Origin: Raillietiella orientalis | Lineage: Eukaryota | Direction: 5' to 3' | DNA length: 64,000 nt | Assembly: GCA_036172245.1 (NCBI GenBank) | Contig: JAYWIR010000003.1 | Location: 7,006,001-7,070,000 of the forward strand | In this document: positions 39,200 through 53,389 of the stretch, piece after piece | Layout: each line of letters opens with the position of its first letter | How positions within the stretch are numbered: the stretch's first letter is position 1 | Notes under the pieces: model-generated | The model's database searches: none | Told to the model about the DNA's origin: nothing | Seen by the model: the letters and a program-made list of their open reading frames with translations, nothing else | Program-made: the position numbers and the translations under genes

Positions 39200-40500
39200 G
39201 GAATCGGCTGAATGGGTCTCGAGGGCTCCTGTCCGGAAATAGCCCGTCCATTTCGCTGCCGGATAGATACCGTGGATCTCGAAAAGTGGAAGGCGCCGCT
39301 GCGGCGAAGAGGTGAGGCTGACGGGCCAGAGGTGCCGGCTCGCGGCGCACTGCCTCCAATGTTCTTCCAGCGTTCCGGATGGAGGTTTCGGGATCTCGGA
39401 GACGTGGGGACAGAGGGCTACCTAGAACCCTTCGAGGGGAGCTTTCGGACGACCACGGTGAGACCCACTGCACGTAGGCGGTCCGTCCTGGAAGACGCTT
39501 TTCTCTGTCGCGGATCCGAGCGAGGGGAGCGGAAGGATCCAGATCTCCAGGGCGGTAAGGGCGACGACTTTTGCAGGCAAGACGTGGTTACACTTCCAGA
39601 TGCAGTCTCTTGTTCTTGTGGTCACTCCAGAGCGCTTCAAATTCAGGAGGCGCAGCTGCTTTCGCCTGCCTTCCGATCCCGGACACAGCATTTTCAGCTC
39701 TCATCCTTGGAGCGCGGAAAAAAAAAGTCCTCCTGGTGCGAAAGTGCGGCTGTGAGCGCCGCATTCAGAACTCCACCTTCTGCTGCCTTCAAGGAAGGCT
39801 CTCCATGCCCTCGACGTTCCGGCTTCAGAGGTCATGCTGCACACTTGTCTGTCGCGCCTGCGCGGCGACGGTCGAGTCCTCGAGCGAGCGTGGCACGAGA
39901 GGAATCTCTCGAACGCCTTCCTTACGCTCTACTTTGTTGCCTGGATATGGAGCACTCTGCCTCGAAGTCTCTCGTTTTCTTTATGGGGTCCTTTCGTCGT
40001 GACGCAGTTCTTCCCATGCAGCAGGAAGCAAGTGCGCCTGCTTGGCGCCATCCTCGACCCTTCAGCCGTCAAAGTCATTCCGGGAGACTCCAGGCAGCTC
40101 CAGGCAGTTGAGTTTCGAAGAGCCCCCAAAGCGCTGCAGAGGTCTTCTGCACCGCCGGGATTTCCATGAAATGGCGGAAGACGCGACAGGGCGCTTGGCC
40201 TCTTGCACAGAGTGCTGTGTGTTTCATGGAAACGCTTCTCAGCTCTCCGCTACTCAACAAGCAGCTTCCTCTTGGAGGAGAATGGTCTTGGCTCATTGAA
40301 TCACCCGACTCTGACTTCCAGTCGCTCTCCACCCACGGCACCTTTTGGCGCCTGCTTTCCGAGTTCCGCGGTGAGCGGGGGCTTGTGAAACGCTCTTTGG
40401 GTCTCCAGGAGCTGCGGCCGTTGTGGCCATCGCTGTGTGCTGGAAACCGAAAATTCCGTGTGCGGTGCTGTGAGAGAGCTGGCAGAGGAGCAGCTTCCAG
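39200..40500 (+). pseudogene. ORF-X degenerate copy
   Basis: DLEKW (39275-39289) corresponds to DLEEW (54869-54883, minus); GARKKKVLL corresponds to GDGGKKFLL. Confidence 0.5.
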
Positions 40501-40699
40501 GGTCCGTCGAATCCGTCACGGCAAACTGGAATGGGCTGCCGTCCTCGAAAGGAAAAACGGCAACGAACTGGAAAGACCAAACGGGAACAAGTTCAAGAGG
40601 AACCCGGCCTCTTCGTCGAACGCCGCGGCGCGGCGTCGACCATTCCTCCTTCGGAACTGAGCTTTACTGGAACCACGGCTGAGGCCTGAACTCGCTCCA

Positions 40700-41400
40700 T
40701 TTCTTGGGAATCGGCGCGAAACGGGAAGGCTGAGATCTCGCGAACGTGACGGACGCATCCTGAAACTCTCGAGGCTGCTGCCTGGGACTACGGAGACTGG
40801 GTCCGGCTCCCATGTAGTCGTCTTCGGATTTTTCACGTCTTTCGTTCCATTCAGATGAACCTGCCACTTCCGGTTAAAATTCCAAACAGCTTTCTTCTGT
40901 AAGGATTCAGCCGATCCGCTTGAGCATTCTTCTGACGAAACTACTTGATTCTTGGCTCCTACAGACGTACTCTCCGTTTCGAGGTCCTTCGAGAAGACTG
41001 CTGAGAATGGGAAGCGCAAACACTAACTTCAATGAGTAAGCAGACCTCTTGTGCTCGGAGGATGCAGCGGGCTGTGCTCGGCTTCCGATTTCATGACGGA
41101 ACGGCATCTATCGCATTCGGTCCAAACCCAAATTATTTGATCATACAGCGCCTAGATGGAGGCACGTGAACAAATGGACTGCATACAAAGACGCGGGATG
41201 AAATCCAGCTTTGATAATGCTGAGGATACTTTCTCGTAGTATTCCTTCTTCTCAAGGATTGGCAAAGGATTCCATTCAAATTCGGTATTAGCAAAGGAAG
41301 CCTGGGAAACGCCCTTGGTGGACACTGACAGTAAAGAGCAATGGATTTTCTGATTCCGCATCACGCGCACTGACGCAGCTTTGTCAGCATATACCGTCCA
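40700..41400 (-). pseudogene. ORF-X degenerate copy
   Basis: SICSRA, then FSKDL..NFNRKWQV, matching SICRRAV and LSKDL..NVNRKWDV at 55385-55650. Confidence 0.6.
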
Positions 41401-41899
41401 AAACCTGGGAGTAGGCTCCCAGGAGGAAACAGAAAGGGTTCGGTCGCAGTGAGTGGACCCAAAACACTGCCACCCTCCTAGCCGAGCGCCGTCCTTCCTA
41501 CGGGGTCAAGGCAAGAGGTCATCTGGAACTGTCCGGCATCCTCAGCGCTCCTCAGAGCAGGATGAGGGCGAGGTCCTCCTCGTAGCGAGAGATACGGCCA
41601 TCTTGTCATCACTCTCGAAAGGGAGCTGTCCGCTCAGTGGAAATGGCATCTCGGTGGGTCCAGGTGGCCCCACACCGCGGGGGCAACATAAAACCGCTGC
41701 CGACCGCCGCCGCGGCACGATGCCACGCGCAGAGGGGCTCCTCGCCAGGCCTTCCGAATTGCCTCCTGGGGATGGCAGGGCCGTGACGAAACGCCCCTGC
41801 ACGCTCGAAGAGCGGGCGCGAGTGGAGTTCCTTTCTTTCACCTCGCCGGGCATCTTCGCCCCCTCCTCTTCCCGACCCTGCTCCGGTGGTGGCGGCGCG

Positions 41900-42170
41900 C
41901 CACCGAAAGACGTCGGGATCAAGGAGTTGGCGTCCCACCCACAATCTGGGAGCAGCTTCCCTCCCAGAAGGAAGAGGAAAGGAGTCGAAAGGCGGCCCGA
42001 ACTGCAGCTCTGTCCCTCCTACGGGGAAGAGAGGGGGAAGCGACGGTAGCAGGAGCGACGGAATTGGTGGACCAGTAAAGAGCAGGCCAGTCGGACGCCT
42101 CCGCGACTCCCAGTGCCCTCACCGACGGGAAAAAAGTACCTGAACATTCTGCGACCTATTCCCCTGTTTG
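41900..42170 (-). mobile_element. Possible APE endonuclease fragment of a LINE
   Basis: GTGSRGGV and IVGG-DANS resemble the APE SRGVA and GDFN motifs; heavily decayed. Confidence 0.3.
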
Positions 42171-42739
42171 GAGTGTCCCCCGTCCCCCTCCCCTTCCTCA
42201 GGCCCCGCGGAACCCTCCAAGAAGAGGCTTCACTATCCTTGCAGGGGGAGGCCAGCGGGAGGCATCCCCGAACGAGGGACGGCAGCAGCAGGCAGGCAAC
42301 CGGACACCCCCACGCACCTGCTGCCGGGCTGCCGTGACCTTGGGGGCGCGCGCAAACGCCTCGTGGCGGCTCCGCCTCGACCCAGCGACACCCCGGAAGA
42401 GATGTTGCGGCGTTGCTTCATGCGGAGCGGCCTTTCGCTCGACCCGACCTCCCCGTCCTCCCTACGGGAGAGCGCTTTGTCGGGAGGCCTGAGGTATCCC
42501 AGGACGTCGCTCCAGCAGGGAAGAGGAACCAGGCACCTCGACCCTGCAGTGATGAATAACGCGGCCAAAGGATCTTTGGAGGATGCCACCTGCATCGCGC
42601 GCAAGTTGCCGGAGAATGCGGCAGGCGTGGTAGGTGATCCCTTCTCCTTCCCCCCTTCGACGCATGCGTTTATTGACATCTCCCCTATCCGAGACCCTGC
42701 CCTTCCGTGTAGCTGGTCTGCGCGTCGGTGGTCCTCCTT

Positions 42740-45700
42740 CCCGGAGATCCGCCGGTCTACACGGTCCGTTCGTCTTTGTTTGGAAAAGAAATACCCCGAG
42801 GCAATCGGTAAAAATGGACTTTCTGATCAGAATTTCGAGAGATCTCTTCTCGTGGATATTTTTTTGACGGAATCAGGAATCGTTCCGTGCGTTCCGCGGA
42901 TTCTTGTATTTGTTAGCCATCGAGCTCTTTAGGATGGAAAAAGAACTTCCGAAATCCATTCTCAGTTCTCTTCAAGAACTATGTGGAAATGGGTATCGTA
43001 GGGCAATATTCTTGGAGTGCTGATGCGAAACACGGGGCTATTTATCAGCGGTCGACACCTCGGGAAGATTACCAGAGTTACGTCTCAGAGATGACCGTGT
43101 CTTCACGCAAGGAGGAAGCCATATGATGCGACCCACAGGCGGGCAACAAACTCACTGCTAACTCGAAGAGCACCGGGTTTACGGTAAGATGAAGGATGGT
43201 GACTGCAAGACACCTTCCCTTCATCCTTTCTGCCTGAGAACTCTCCAGGCGGATAGATCATTGAAAACAAAGGAAGAGACAATCCTGAGTCTGGGGAAGT
43301 TGGCAGCGGAGTGGCTCCATGACAACGCACTGCTTGTTCCGAGGATGAAAAGAATGGTGGTTGAGGAAAACTTGAACCGCAGTCATGTTGAGATGTACTT
43401 TGATGGTGCAGTCTGCAAACGGTCCAGCTGCAGGACCCATGACGACAGTGCACAGGAGTCGCCCGAGAAGAAAGACCGAGGTGTTCCTCTTTCGAAATTT
43501 TCCAGATTCCTGGGAGAGCCCTACAATCGTCCTTTTCTACCGATTCTATCGAGAAGGACGCAGGCGCAGAGCTCAGAGCCAGCACTGCAAGTAAAGGACT
43601 TCAGGAACCACTTCAGCAAGAGCGGTTCCTGAAGCCCGAGGTGAGTACGTTATCCACCACTCAGAAAGAGTGATTGATTCAGATGAGGTGGATCAAGTGG
43701 ACGGAAACGGCATGGCTGCGCGCTGTTGCCAATGGCCGATTAGAAATACAAGCAAACTTCCTAATCGGCCACAGCGGTCTCCTCTGATTGCAGTGTTGAA
43801 GACGACAAACTTTCTTGCAGCTGGCAGGAAACGGAGCACCACGAATCCAGCTGTCCACAAGCACGGGGGGTGGCGTCTATCATGCAGAAGTATTCGAACC
43901 CTCAACGCTTGGTAGCACACGCGGAGACCGCAGCCACGCAGTGCCGATGCGGACCCATCCACGAACTTCCTTTCTCTTCGTGGAGATCGGAAGAAAAGGA
44001 TGGCGTGCGTTCTGCGGTCAGGGTGTACTTGAAGACGGTCTCCATGGACCCGCTTGTCGGAACCAGCACCCTGTTGACTGGTTCGCGGTCAGGTTTTGCA
44101 CTCGGCGCCTGCTTGTGACAGGCCGGAGTGGCTCGAGGGGAGAATCGCATTACGCAGGGATGAACCCAGTCTGATCCACTGGAGTGTCCGTTCATCTGAT
44201 GGCAAACATCGGTTCCTGTTGAATTTTTGGAGCTTTCAGGGGATGCGGCGGGCAGGTCGGTTTCCAAGCTACTCCACTTTCTTCCGGCTTGAAACGCGAC
44301 TTCCTACACGCATAGCGCAGGGAAGCTGCGTCGCATCGAGCTCGAGGAGGCTGCATGCTTTCCAGCATCGCCGCAGTCGTTCGCTCCACCCATTCAGAGG
44401 ACGCAAAGAAGTAGGTTGAATCGGAAAACGAACTCTCACATTGCATTCAGAGTACTTGAAGGAAGGCTGCGACCACACTGGTTGCGTCCAATCTGAGAAG
44501 GAAAGAAAAAGAAAGCAAGTCTCCCGAATGGAACGCGATGGTGCCGTGTTCCCGCCAAAATCAGTGGGGTGGGGTGGGGGGGACTTGCCCTTGCGCTGCT
44601 GCTTGCAGCCAGCCCCGTGTCTGTGCTGAATTTTATTTTCCAAACGGCAATAAAGCATACTAAGAATCTATTAATCTTCCGCAAAATGCGTTCGAAACTT
44701 CTGGATTTCTGCTGCTGTCTGTCCGGCAGAGAAGGGGGGATTTTCCGGAGATTACGGTTTCTAAGCAAGATGAATTGCTCCGCTCCACTAAAATTCGCAT
44801 ATGAGAAAGCAGATTGTGAGCAACATTATTAAGGATATATTTCTTTTTTGATGAAGATTCCGGCCTCCCTGTAATCCCCCCGCGGATTGGAGGTTGCGAT
44901 TTGAAACCACAAAGGAACGTGGAGCGGCAAGCGCGCGATTCATCCCCCGGGAATCGCGAAAAACACCCTCTGCGAGGAAATGCTGAGGGCTGTGGTAGAA
45001 AGTGCAAGAATACTGCAGAAAGACGACGTGAGGAAAAAATGGACGAGCCGGGATCGAAAGAGGCGGGACTGCGCGCCGCTGAACGTCCAGGCGGTCCAGT
45101 GCCGCAGGGCTTTTGCTTTCTCTCCAGGAGATGGAGCCTTCGAATTCTCCCTGCTGCACACGTTAAGATGCAGCTGACCTGACTGGAACCCCGGTGGAGT
45201 TCGAACCTGCTCTGCGAGGATGGGGATGCTCGTTCTGCCGCCGGGACGCAGCAGACAAGACACGATTCTTTTCAGTACCGCTGTGGCACAATTATGACCC
45301 CCGCTATCAGGTGGTCCAAGCGTCAGGGACATTTCTTGAGAAGGCTCGACGGGATCCAAACGAGATCAGCTCGAGGTGGATGAACGATGTCCATTCCACT
45401 CCATGAAGTGGGGGTTTCCACACATTAGGAACTGTGGCTTTAGCACCACTGCAACGCAGACTGGAGCATCATCGTCTCCTTCCTGCAACCGTCCAAGTGG
45501 ATAGGGAGAGCCACCAGCATTCGAAGTACTTCGAATTTGTTGCGCCCTCGAGGTTCGACCCGCCAAGGAAAATTCGCAGGCGGACGTTCTCTACGGTCTA
45601 GCTGCGAAGAGAGGTCTCTTCGTCCCATGCAGCTTCGGTGGCTTTGTGTGTGGATGTCTAACCCGTTCACGAATGACTCGGACCTCAGCCGCACGCTCGC

Positions 45701-46150
45701 AAAATTTCGCTCCAGGGAGCAAAAAAAAACAAAGCTTCCAAAATGCGATTGTGCTGCCGCAGCATCGCGCGGAACAGTCCGGGACCTTCCTAGGTTCCTG
45801 GCAACCAATATCAACATTAAGGAGGACCTTGGATTTTTGAGAAGCAAAGAAGCATTGCTCTCATCAAGTCGAGAGGTTAGACAGTTACGAAGGATCACCT
45901 TACAAAAATGGTCACCATGCTGACCCTCTCGAATGCATCATCACGTCACGACCAGCCCTGTCTCGATCGCGAAGACAGAGGAAATTCTCATCGCTTGCGG
46001 AACTGTGCATGATCTGTGCGGGAGCACGCGTTGGTCGGGGAGGTGGGGGGGAGAATCACCGAGCCGGAGGATGGGAAAGAACATTTTCGTGATCAAGGCA
46101 ACCGCAGCTTTGCCCGGCACTTCACATTCAGTAGCGGTCAGTTTCTTTCC
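42740..46150 (+). pseudogene. Longest ORF-X copy (about 3.4 kb, multiply disrupted)
   Basis: SDQNF (42825), NPQRLV (43897), VRKKW (about 45035), WMSNP..DSDL (45651) and AALPGT (46104), in order. Confidence 0.65.
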
Positions 46151-46299
46151 AGTCGGAAAGAGAAGAAGCGGACGAACGCGGAAATGGGGAGAACCGAGAA
46201 GATGGGTCCTCTGATCTGGCAAGGAGGAGGCAGACGAGATACTACGAACGTGGGTTCCGGAGAGAGCGCGCAGGCGTACTTCACCCACTTGTGTTACTG

Positions 46300-48560
46300 C
46301 TTGAACGGACATGTGGCTCTCGATTCTTCTGAAGTCCAATGCTGTCCGCCTTTGGAAGGCGCAGCCAACAAAGAACCGCGTTCTGAGGACGAGAGGAGAG
46401 AAGCGAAGCACACGGTACGGACTCCAAAATCAGTTCACCACTTGGCGTCCTACAGGAGGTATGGAGGAGTCGAAGATGCAGAAGAGCATGAAATGTTGAG
46501 GGTGACTACGAGGAATGCACCCTACGACGAACTCGTGACGCAGATGCCCTGAACATTGATTACTGCATAAGCACTGGAGCGCTCTCTACGCTTCGGCTCT
46601 TTTCGAGGGAGATCGACGAAGAATTCCATCGGCTCTCGTGTACAGAAAGCGTCTACCACACGCCTGTGATCTCTCTTGGATAACGCCTTGTAGGTTCACA
46701 TGATCATGCGAAAGAGCTCAAAGAAACAATAAGTTCCTTCTTGGATGAGGGCAATCAGTCCCACGCAGGCGCACAGCGGACGGACGCGGCTTTGCCGTTC
46801 AGCCGTTTCCAAATGCCTAGAAGCATCGGTCGTCATCCTCTTCCAAGGTTTCTGTCGCAGCTCGTTGCTTCACAGCTTCCGGTACTGCGATCTTGGTCAC
46901 GTTTCGTGGTGGCACTCTTCTCCCAGGACTTCCGTGCATTCGGAAACCGAGATGAACGTGCCGCTTTGGTGCATTCGGAAGACGGAAGCTCTGGTTTTGC
47001 TGCTGATACTCGAGTTGGTCTCAGCAGAGGTCATTCCTAAGATCCAAACAAGATCGATTAATGCGATGGGCACGAATTCCAGGAAATTCTGGGGCAGGTG
47101 AAGGGCTTGAGAAGACAGAAGATCCTGAGAGTGCTTGCAAATTTTTAGAACAAGAAGCAGGAACCCTCAAAGATGCGAAGCCAACATCCGGAATTCACGA
47201 GGTCTTCGTTCCGGGCAGCGCGGCGGAGCAGAAACAAAAGTCCAGAAGGCTTCGAAGGAAACGAACAAATCATCCTGGTTTGTTCAACGAAATCCGCATT
47301 CTCCTGATGAATCGGCGTCATGCGATTGGTAAATCTTAGCGAGCCGCCATGAAGGCGTCGGCGATAAAAAAAAAAAAAGGATGACCTCATGGAAAGGTCA
47401 CAAGTGTCTATCTCAGCATCGGCTGAAGAAATCAGATTCCGACCTGTTGAGAAAGAGTCAAGTCCGCTGCCCTCTGCTGACGCACTGCACAGGAATGAGG
47501 TGGAAGTCCCCCGACATTCGGAGATTCGAATCTCTGGGATTCGAAAACCAGAAGAACGGGCGCATCAGGTTGTCTTCTGTGGACCACACTCGCAGAAGCG
47601 CTCTGCGTTTGGGAAGCACCACTTCGTAGTCACCAGCCAAGCAGGCGCCAGGATTCACGCTCCAAAGTTCCGCGATCTGAAAACTAGTTCTAAAGATCAG
47701 CTTAGGACGAGGATCAGCTTCCGTGAAGCTGTTCCTCGTCCTGTTCACTCCAGAACTCGGGTCAGAGTCGACGGTCCTGGTGCGCATCACATCTGCACGC
47801 AGGAAAGCGAAGGTGGCGGGAGAAACGGCCCCCTGCCTCTTCTGCGCCTCGGCTGCCGTGTTCATGTCGGCACGCCCAGTCTGCCTCAGACTCTGCAAGG
47901 CGGACGACCATGCCCCTGAAGAGAAATCCGGCACGAAATCCAGAACGCGAGGGGATGGACTCGAAGTCCAGGGCTTTCCAGGGAGCATTCTTTGTGGGTT
48001 CCTGAACACAGGGAACCGCCGACTGCGTGCCGTCGGCGCTCAAAGATGATGTACAAGCCTCTGGGATCCGGCAGCCAACGTCTTCTGCACACTCCCTCTG
48101 GGGATCAATCGAATCGAAGTTTCCCTTGCCCGACCCGTGCATGCAAAACCCTCTGGACCAAGCCGGGATACTTGGCGCGTCGCATCCTCGTAAACTACCG
48201 GGAGATTCACGGAAGCTGTGAAATCGCGTGACGTAACACTAGTTCCGGATGCAACTCAGAGAAAGTGCTGCGTTTCGTTCTCTGCTAAAGACGATTCCCA
48301 TCACTGAAGCTCCCAGTTCGGGATCGGCCTCCCATGTGGACCATTGAAGAACAAGGGTAACCTACAGGCGCTCAATCTGGACTCGCTCTGATAAGAGAGA
48401 GGAAACTTCAAATTAGCTCCATGGGAACTAAAAGCATCATTCATGATGATGATGGCTGATGTCCAGTCTGCATCCTTCGGATTTATGGGTCTTTGCTTGG
48501 AGCGGGACAGGAGTTCACTTACCGCGGCCCTGCAGATGGAGGAAGTCCTACCGTGCGTCG
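46300..48560 (-). pseudogene. ORF-X copy, C-terminal part
   Basis: SICRAAV (48520-48540), WFSNPRDSNL (47521-47550), AALPGT (47207-47224), then a long near-open frame. Confidence 0.65.
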
Positions 48561-48579
48561 AAGAAGTGAGCGAGTGCGT

Positions 48580-49365
48580 CTGCTTCGGCAGCGTGAGGGG
48601 AGGGAAAACAAAAAGCAAAAGAATAAGCAAATAAAACGGAGGAGGGAAAAATTTACACGGAAAGGGTGAAGATGGGTTGTGGGAGAGGGAAAGAACAATG
48701 AAGGGATTGCAGTGCGCTGCTAGGCGCCTTCTGCATCCTGTTCAGGTTGCTGCTGGCAAGTTTCGTCCGTATATCGCCCATCTCAAGGCGATCCTCAGGA
48801 AGATCCGCTCCCGGTGGATGGGATCCCTGCCATTTCGGCCCTCTTCTCCTAGCGTTCCAGGCCGCCGCAGCCCCGCGAAGACAGCAGAGAACTACGAGGG
48901 ACGCGGCTGGTATCAGTGCAGCACCACGCGCGAAGAGGTGCCTGAAAAGGTCCCTGGATTTCTAGGATCGTCGCGAGACGATCCCAAAGGGATCGGAAGG
49001 AAGCACAGTCCAACAGCAGATGCGGAAGGGTCTCCTTTCCACCGCACTACCTGTACCACTCATCATCCTCCCTCCCCGCGTGCCCAGTGCTGGAGGGGCG
49101 TTTCGCACGAGGGAATTCTCCCATATACCGCCAGCAACGCCAACTCCTGTCACTGAAGGGGGAGAGCGCCACTGCCCTCCAGCACGCCGGCGGCTACTTC
49201 ACCTCTCCCGGAGGGATTGCAAGCACTTCTCAGCGTAGAAGTCCGTCGGAAGGGATACTTGGGGTATTAGCGTCCGTCACCTCCTGAGTTGTCCACGCCA
49301 CCAATACTTTGCTGCTATGCAGCATGTTCTTTCCCACCTTGTCCAGGATGGATGGCCCAGAATGA
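48580..49365 (-). mobile_element. L1/Tx1-like LINE 3' end
   Basis: Inverted paralogue of 25920-26680 (tgctgcatagcagcaaag, tcgcgacgatcct, gagatgggcgatatacggac shared). Confidence 0.8.
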
Positions 49366-49374
49366 TGAAAATCC

Positions 49375-49880
49375 TTCTTTTTGGGGGTTCTCAGAGAGTG
49401 TTGAAGAACTATCCGCCTCCTTATAGGGGGGGGGAGGAAGCTCACGAAACTCTTGAACATTGTCCATGCCACTCGAGGGTGCGTGTTCGTGTTAACTCTT
49501 CAAGCTAGAGGGAAACCCTGTAGAAACCACCCTATGAATCCAGAAAGATTCCTCATAAAGCAGTCTGTCCCTCTTACGCTTGAGAGAGCATTCCGAAGGG
49601 AAACCTTGCCCTGGTTGCCTTTAGAGGAATCCTCTAAAGGAGCCCACCCCTTCATTTCTTCTCCAGAGGGCATCCGCGAGGGAGCCGCTCCTGGTTTCCT
49701 TCCCTGAAGAGAGCCAAGAAGGGGCGCTTCCCAATTTCTCTGGAGGACGCTTCCCAAAGGTAGGGGGGCACTTCTTGCACTCTGGAGAGGCATTCCTCCA
49801 TTCCGAGAGTCGGAGGAGAACCCTGAACGACTCTGATTCCTAGAATACCCCCGGAGGGTCAAATTCCAGTCCCGAGACAT
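49375..49880 (+). repeat. Rep-H, near full-length copy
   Basis: Collinear with 8505-8960 and 10330-10620. Confidence 0.85.
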
Positions 49881-50289
49881 CCGGGGGTTTCCGGTTCCTA
49901 CCAGTGCAATTCCATCCGAACAAGCCAACCAGCGTCATCATGCCGGGGAGACTCGAAAGCCACGACGCATCCACCCCCGTTTCTCCACGTCGACTCTCCC
50001 CCTAGAGGAATTCGAACCGCAACGGTTGGGGCCTACTGGTGGTTCGCGTGTGGAGCCCACAGTTGGAAGGTGGCCAACGCGGGCGGGCGGATTATTTGGC
50101 CCCTTCCGTATGCAACCGCCTTCCCCCGAGCCGAGGGCGGTGCGTCCAAGGGACGGCGCGTGCAGTCGCTGATGCGCGCGCTGCTTGGCAGAAGAACCTG
50201 GATGAGGAAGGTTCACGTTTCCTTTTCCTGGTTTGAACGGTGCAATCCTTCGGAGAGTTCCCTTCCGTGAAATCGATCCCTGTAGAGGC

Positions 50290-51290
50290 GCGCATTGTCT
50301 CCCGGTCCCACGCGAACCACCAGTAGACAGCGTGGGGACGCCAAATGCCTCCGAAGAGTAATGTCCTTTCCTTCTGAAGGGAAATTTGCAATCCGTATTC
50401 CTGCGTGCTTCCAGACGTTCCTAGAAGAGACGCCCGGAAGGCCGCGGTTTTCTTTTTCATTCGATCCGGCTTCGCCTTTATCCAGCTGCACTTCCACGTC
50501 TCCAGGAGACTTCGAGACCAATCCGTCTGCAGAGTCCATCGTGAAGGATGACATCTCTGGCATCCTCCGCGAGACCTTCGAGATCCCGCACTTCCTGGTC
50601 GACGCCTCCGCCCTCCCTCGCCGGTACCGCAGCGGACCGCTAGCTTGCTGGCCTCAACACTGGGATCTACCCCGGAAGGCCGCCATGCCCCAGTTGCCAA
50701 GGAAGTGACCCCACTGCGGGACAGTGGGAACGCTCTTGCACGTGCCTCAGGAATCAGGGGAACTGCGTCAGGGATGGGAGCGCAGTCCAGTTCCGCAGTG
50801 TCGCCCCAGAAGAGACGGTCTTTGGAGAGGTGGTCGCGCCTTCAGGCTTAACGGTCACCCGGTCACTGACGGTGCTCTGTCACCGACGAGCAGCGGTGGC
50901 CTTCGGAACGGGGGGAAGACGGAGGGCGCGGCCATCATCCCGGGGAACCGTCTGCGATCGCCGTCGCTTGCGTGCGGAGGGCGGTGGAATGGCCCAATCC
51001 GTGAAGTGGGGCACGAGGGAACCTGCGAACGCTCATGGGCCGACCAGACCGAAACCGGCTAAAGCGCTACCCTCTCCCACCTACCCCATTCCGTTCCTTC
51101 CATGCCTGAAACGCAGGCCTTCGGAATCAAGGGGAACACCGTGAGACCGGTCCATCCCATTCCCTATTTATTTATTCATTCATAGTCACCCTCCTTCCTG
51201 GTTCTGTCTGCCTTGCAGGGGACTTTCCTGTAGGCCCTTTTCTGTCTATGGCTGTGTAATTTGATTTATTTATCTTAACTAAATGACCCG
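50290..51290 (+). mobile_element. More diverged L1/Tx1-like 3' end
   Basis: FEIP..GPLACW resembles the LxIPPEEVxxPLACW block; followed by a pyrimidine/T-rich UTR-like tail. Confidence 0.4.
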
Positions 51291-51899
51291 GATATCTGGA
51301 ATGAGGGGGTAAACGCCTCACTCGGATCGAAAACAGATGGACGTTTGAAGACGAAGATCTGGGAATAACCCCTGGAGGATTGGCGTTTGATGTTCACAGG
51401 AGCGGCGAATTCGCCTGAAGCGTACTCACGCGCCAGCTTACCGAGAAATAGAGATCATGGCCCGCCGGTGAATTCTGCGTGTGTTCCTAAGGTCAGGGAA
51501 GAAATCTTCCCTCCATGCGCGCGGGTCCAGCGATCCGGTCTCGAAACTTCCGGAACCACCTCAGACCAGAGGAAAAGCGCTCACCAAGGGAAGAATGTGG
51601 GATGCCTGCAAGAGGACTTGGGGTACCCACATTCAGTGGCGCGGAAGAAAGGAAGAATGGACTGCCGACAGAGCGTGGGCCCGCAAGGACTTGTGGGTCC
51701 CGTGAAAGAGGACATCCCGCTACTCCCTTAATCTATGGAGCAGATTACTCAGCTGAGATCGAGCAAGCACTGCAAGAAGTCCTCGATGGCAAGGGGAGGT
51801 CATATGCATTGCACCCCGACCAGGGGTAGGAGGGAGGGAAGTTTCGCTAAGTGACCGCGGCTTCCATTTGAGGCACTCCGCTCCTTCCACCAAACAGAG

Positions 51900-53200
51900 G
51901 CCCACCGAGACCCTACGCCATGCTGCGCACTCTCTTAGAAGAAATTGACGGCACGAATCCCACCAGGAGGCATCTCAAGTGACCTTTTAAGAGAGACTCC
52001 AGGCGAAATCAGAGTGGGATTCCGGATGCCTTGGAGGCTATCCTGGCTTCCTCGAAAAAAAATCCGCAAAGGATGTTGAAACTGAACGAGAGCTGCCCTA
52101 GAGGGAATCGCTTGATCCTGCGGATGCTTTGAACACAAGCGAGCCTCATCTGGTGGGCAGCAAGCAGAGAGGCAGGAGTCGCACTTGGTCCGATCGAGAT
52201 CCAATGACGCGTTCCTCTCCCTTTGTTAAGGACCACGTTAAGAGCTCATCTTTCCCTGCGGCACTAGCGAACGCGTTCTTTCCCAACAACATGGCAGTGG
52301 AAAAGAGTGACCCAATCTCTCTGACTACCTTAAAAGCGGAAGAGATGGCCAAAATTCTCTGCAAGACGGAACCTCACCTCATGAGATAACGAATGCCGGG
52401 AGAGAATCCATGGATCTCAACGCAGATCCATTGTCTTCGGGCTTAGAGTTTGTTCCTGGAAAGGAAGGACATCTGAAAGCTGAAAGTTCCCCAAAACGAC
52501 AATTCCAGCTCTGCTCCACAAATCGTCCACTCCTAGAGGCATCTGGATGGAGGCCAACACGCCTAGGCGGCTGCCTGCTTCTCCCGAATGCACGCACAAT
52601 GACCCTCTCGGAAGCTTCAGGATCGACTGACCAATGGCAAAGTCAACTATCTCCAGGAAGACGGCTTCTTACTCTGTTTTGAGAAAGTCGGAGAAGAGCC
52701 TTCCTTTGTATCTAGGACTCTACGGAGGGGGATAACCCAGAGCATTTAGTGGGCCTTCGTTGGTCTTGCAAAAGCTTGTGGAGCTCTTCAGCCCGAACCT
52801 CATGCGCAGAAAAGAGCTAGAAGAGTTCTTGGCTTCAGACTCTACACATGAAAACACGCAGTGAAGCTTAACAGGGCTCTCATTATGAGAAGTTTGCAGA
52901 TACTGAGGAGAGACAAGCATGGATGCCTGCGAAGCTCCTGCTTTTCAGCATGCTAACCGTGTCTGTCCTCAGCGGCCCGGAAGAGTCCTTTCGAGGGAAG
53001 GACTCTTCCGTGGACTATGGGGATGAACTCGCTCACTAGCAGGTTCGGAAGGGAGGCTGCGCAAGCGTTCCAGGTCGCCAAACAGCCGACGCGCTGCCTC
53101 TGCGCCAACCATCAACCCAAGAAAATGCGCTTCTTCGCACTTGACTGCGCCTCGGTCAGTATCGCCAGGGAAACCGCGCCCAGATTAAGCTGTACTACCT
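51900..53200 (+). pseudogene. ORF-X degenerate copy
   Basis: GIPDAL..KKNPQRML..ESCPRG..RTW block, then TTIPALL. Confidence 0.55.
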
Positions 53201-53389
53201 CCAGGATTCATAAATATCAATAAAAAGATCAAAGCATACAAGCAGCTGGGGCAGCCAGCCAGCCTGGAAACATCCTTAGGGGAGTCATCCACGTGTGAGG
53301 TGGTGGCCAAAGCACCCCGCATTCCAGACCCGGTTCGATTATTTCCACGCAGCAAAGGATTGATGCAACGAAGATCTGTTCATTCCTTA

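Noticed and set aside
39147..39691. Minus-strand Jockey/CR1-like RT C-terminus ending in (TAACC)n
   Set aside because: Similarity is weak, and the plus strand fits the ORF-X block order (DLEKW, KKVLL) better
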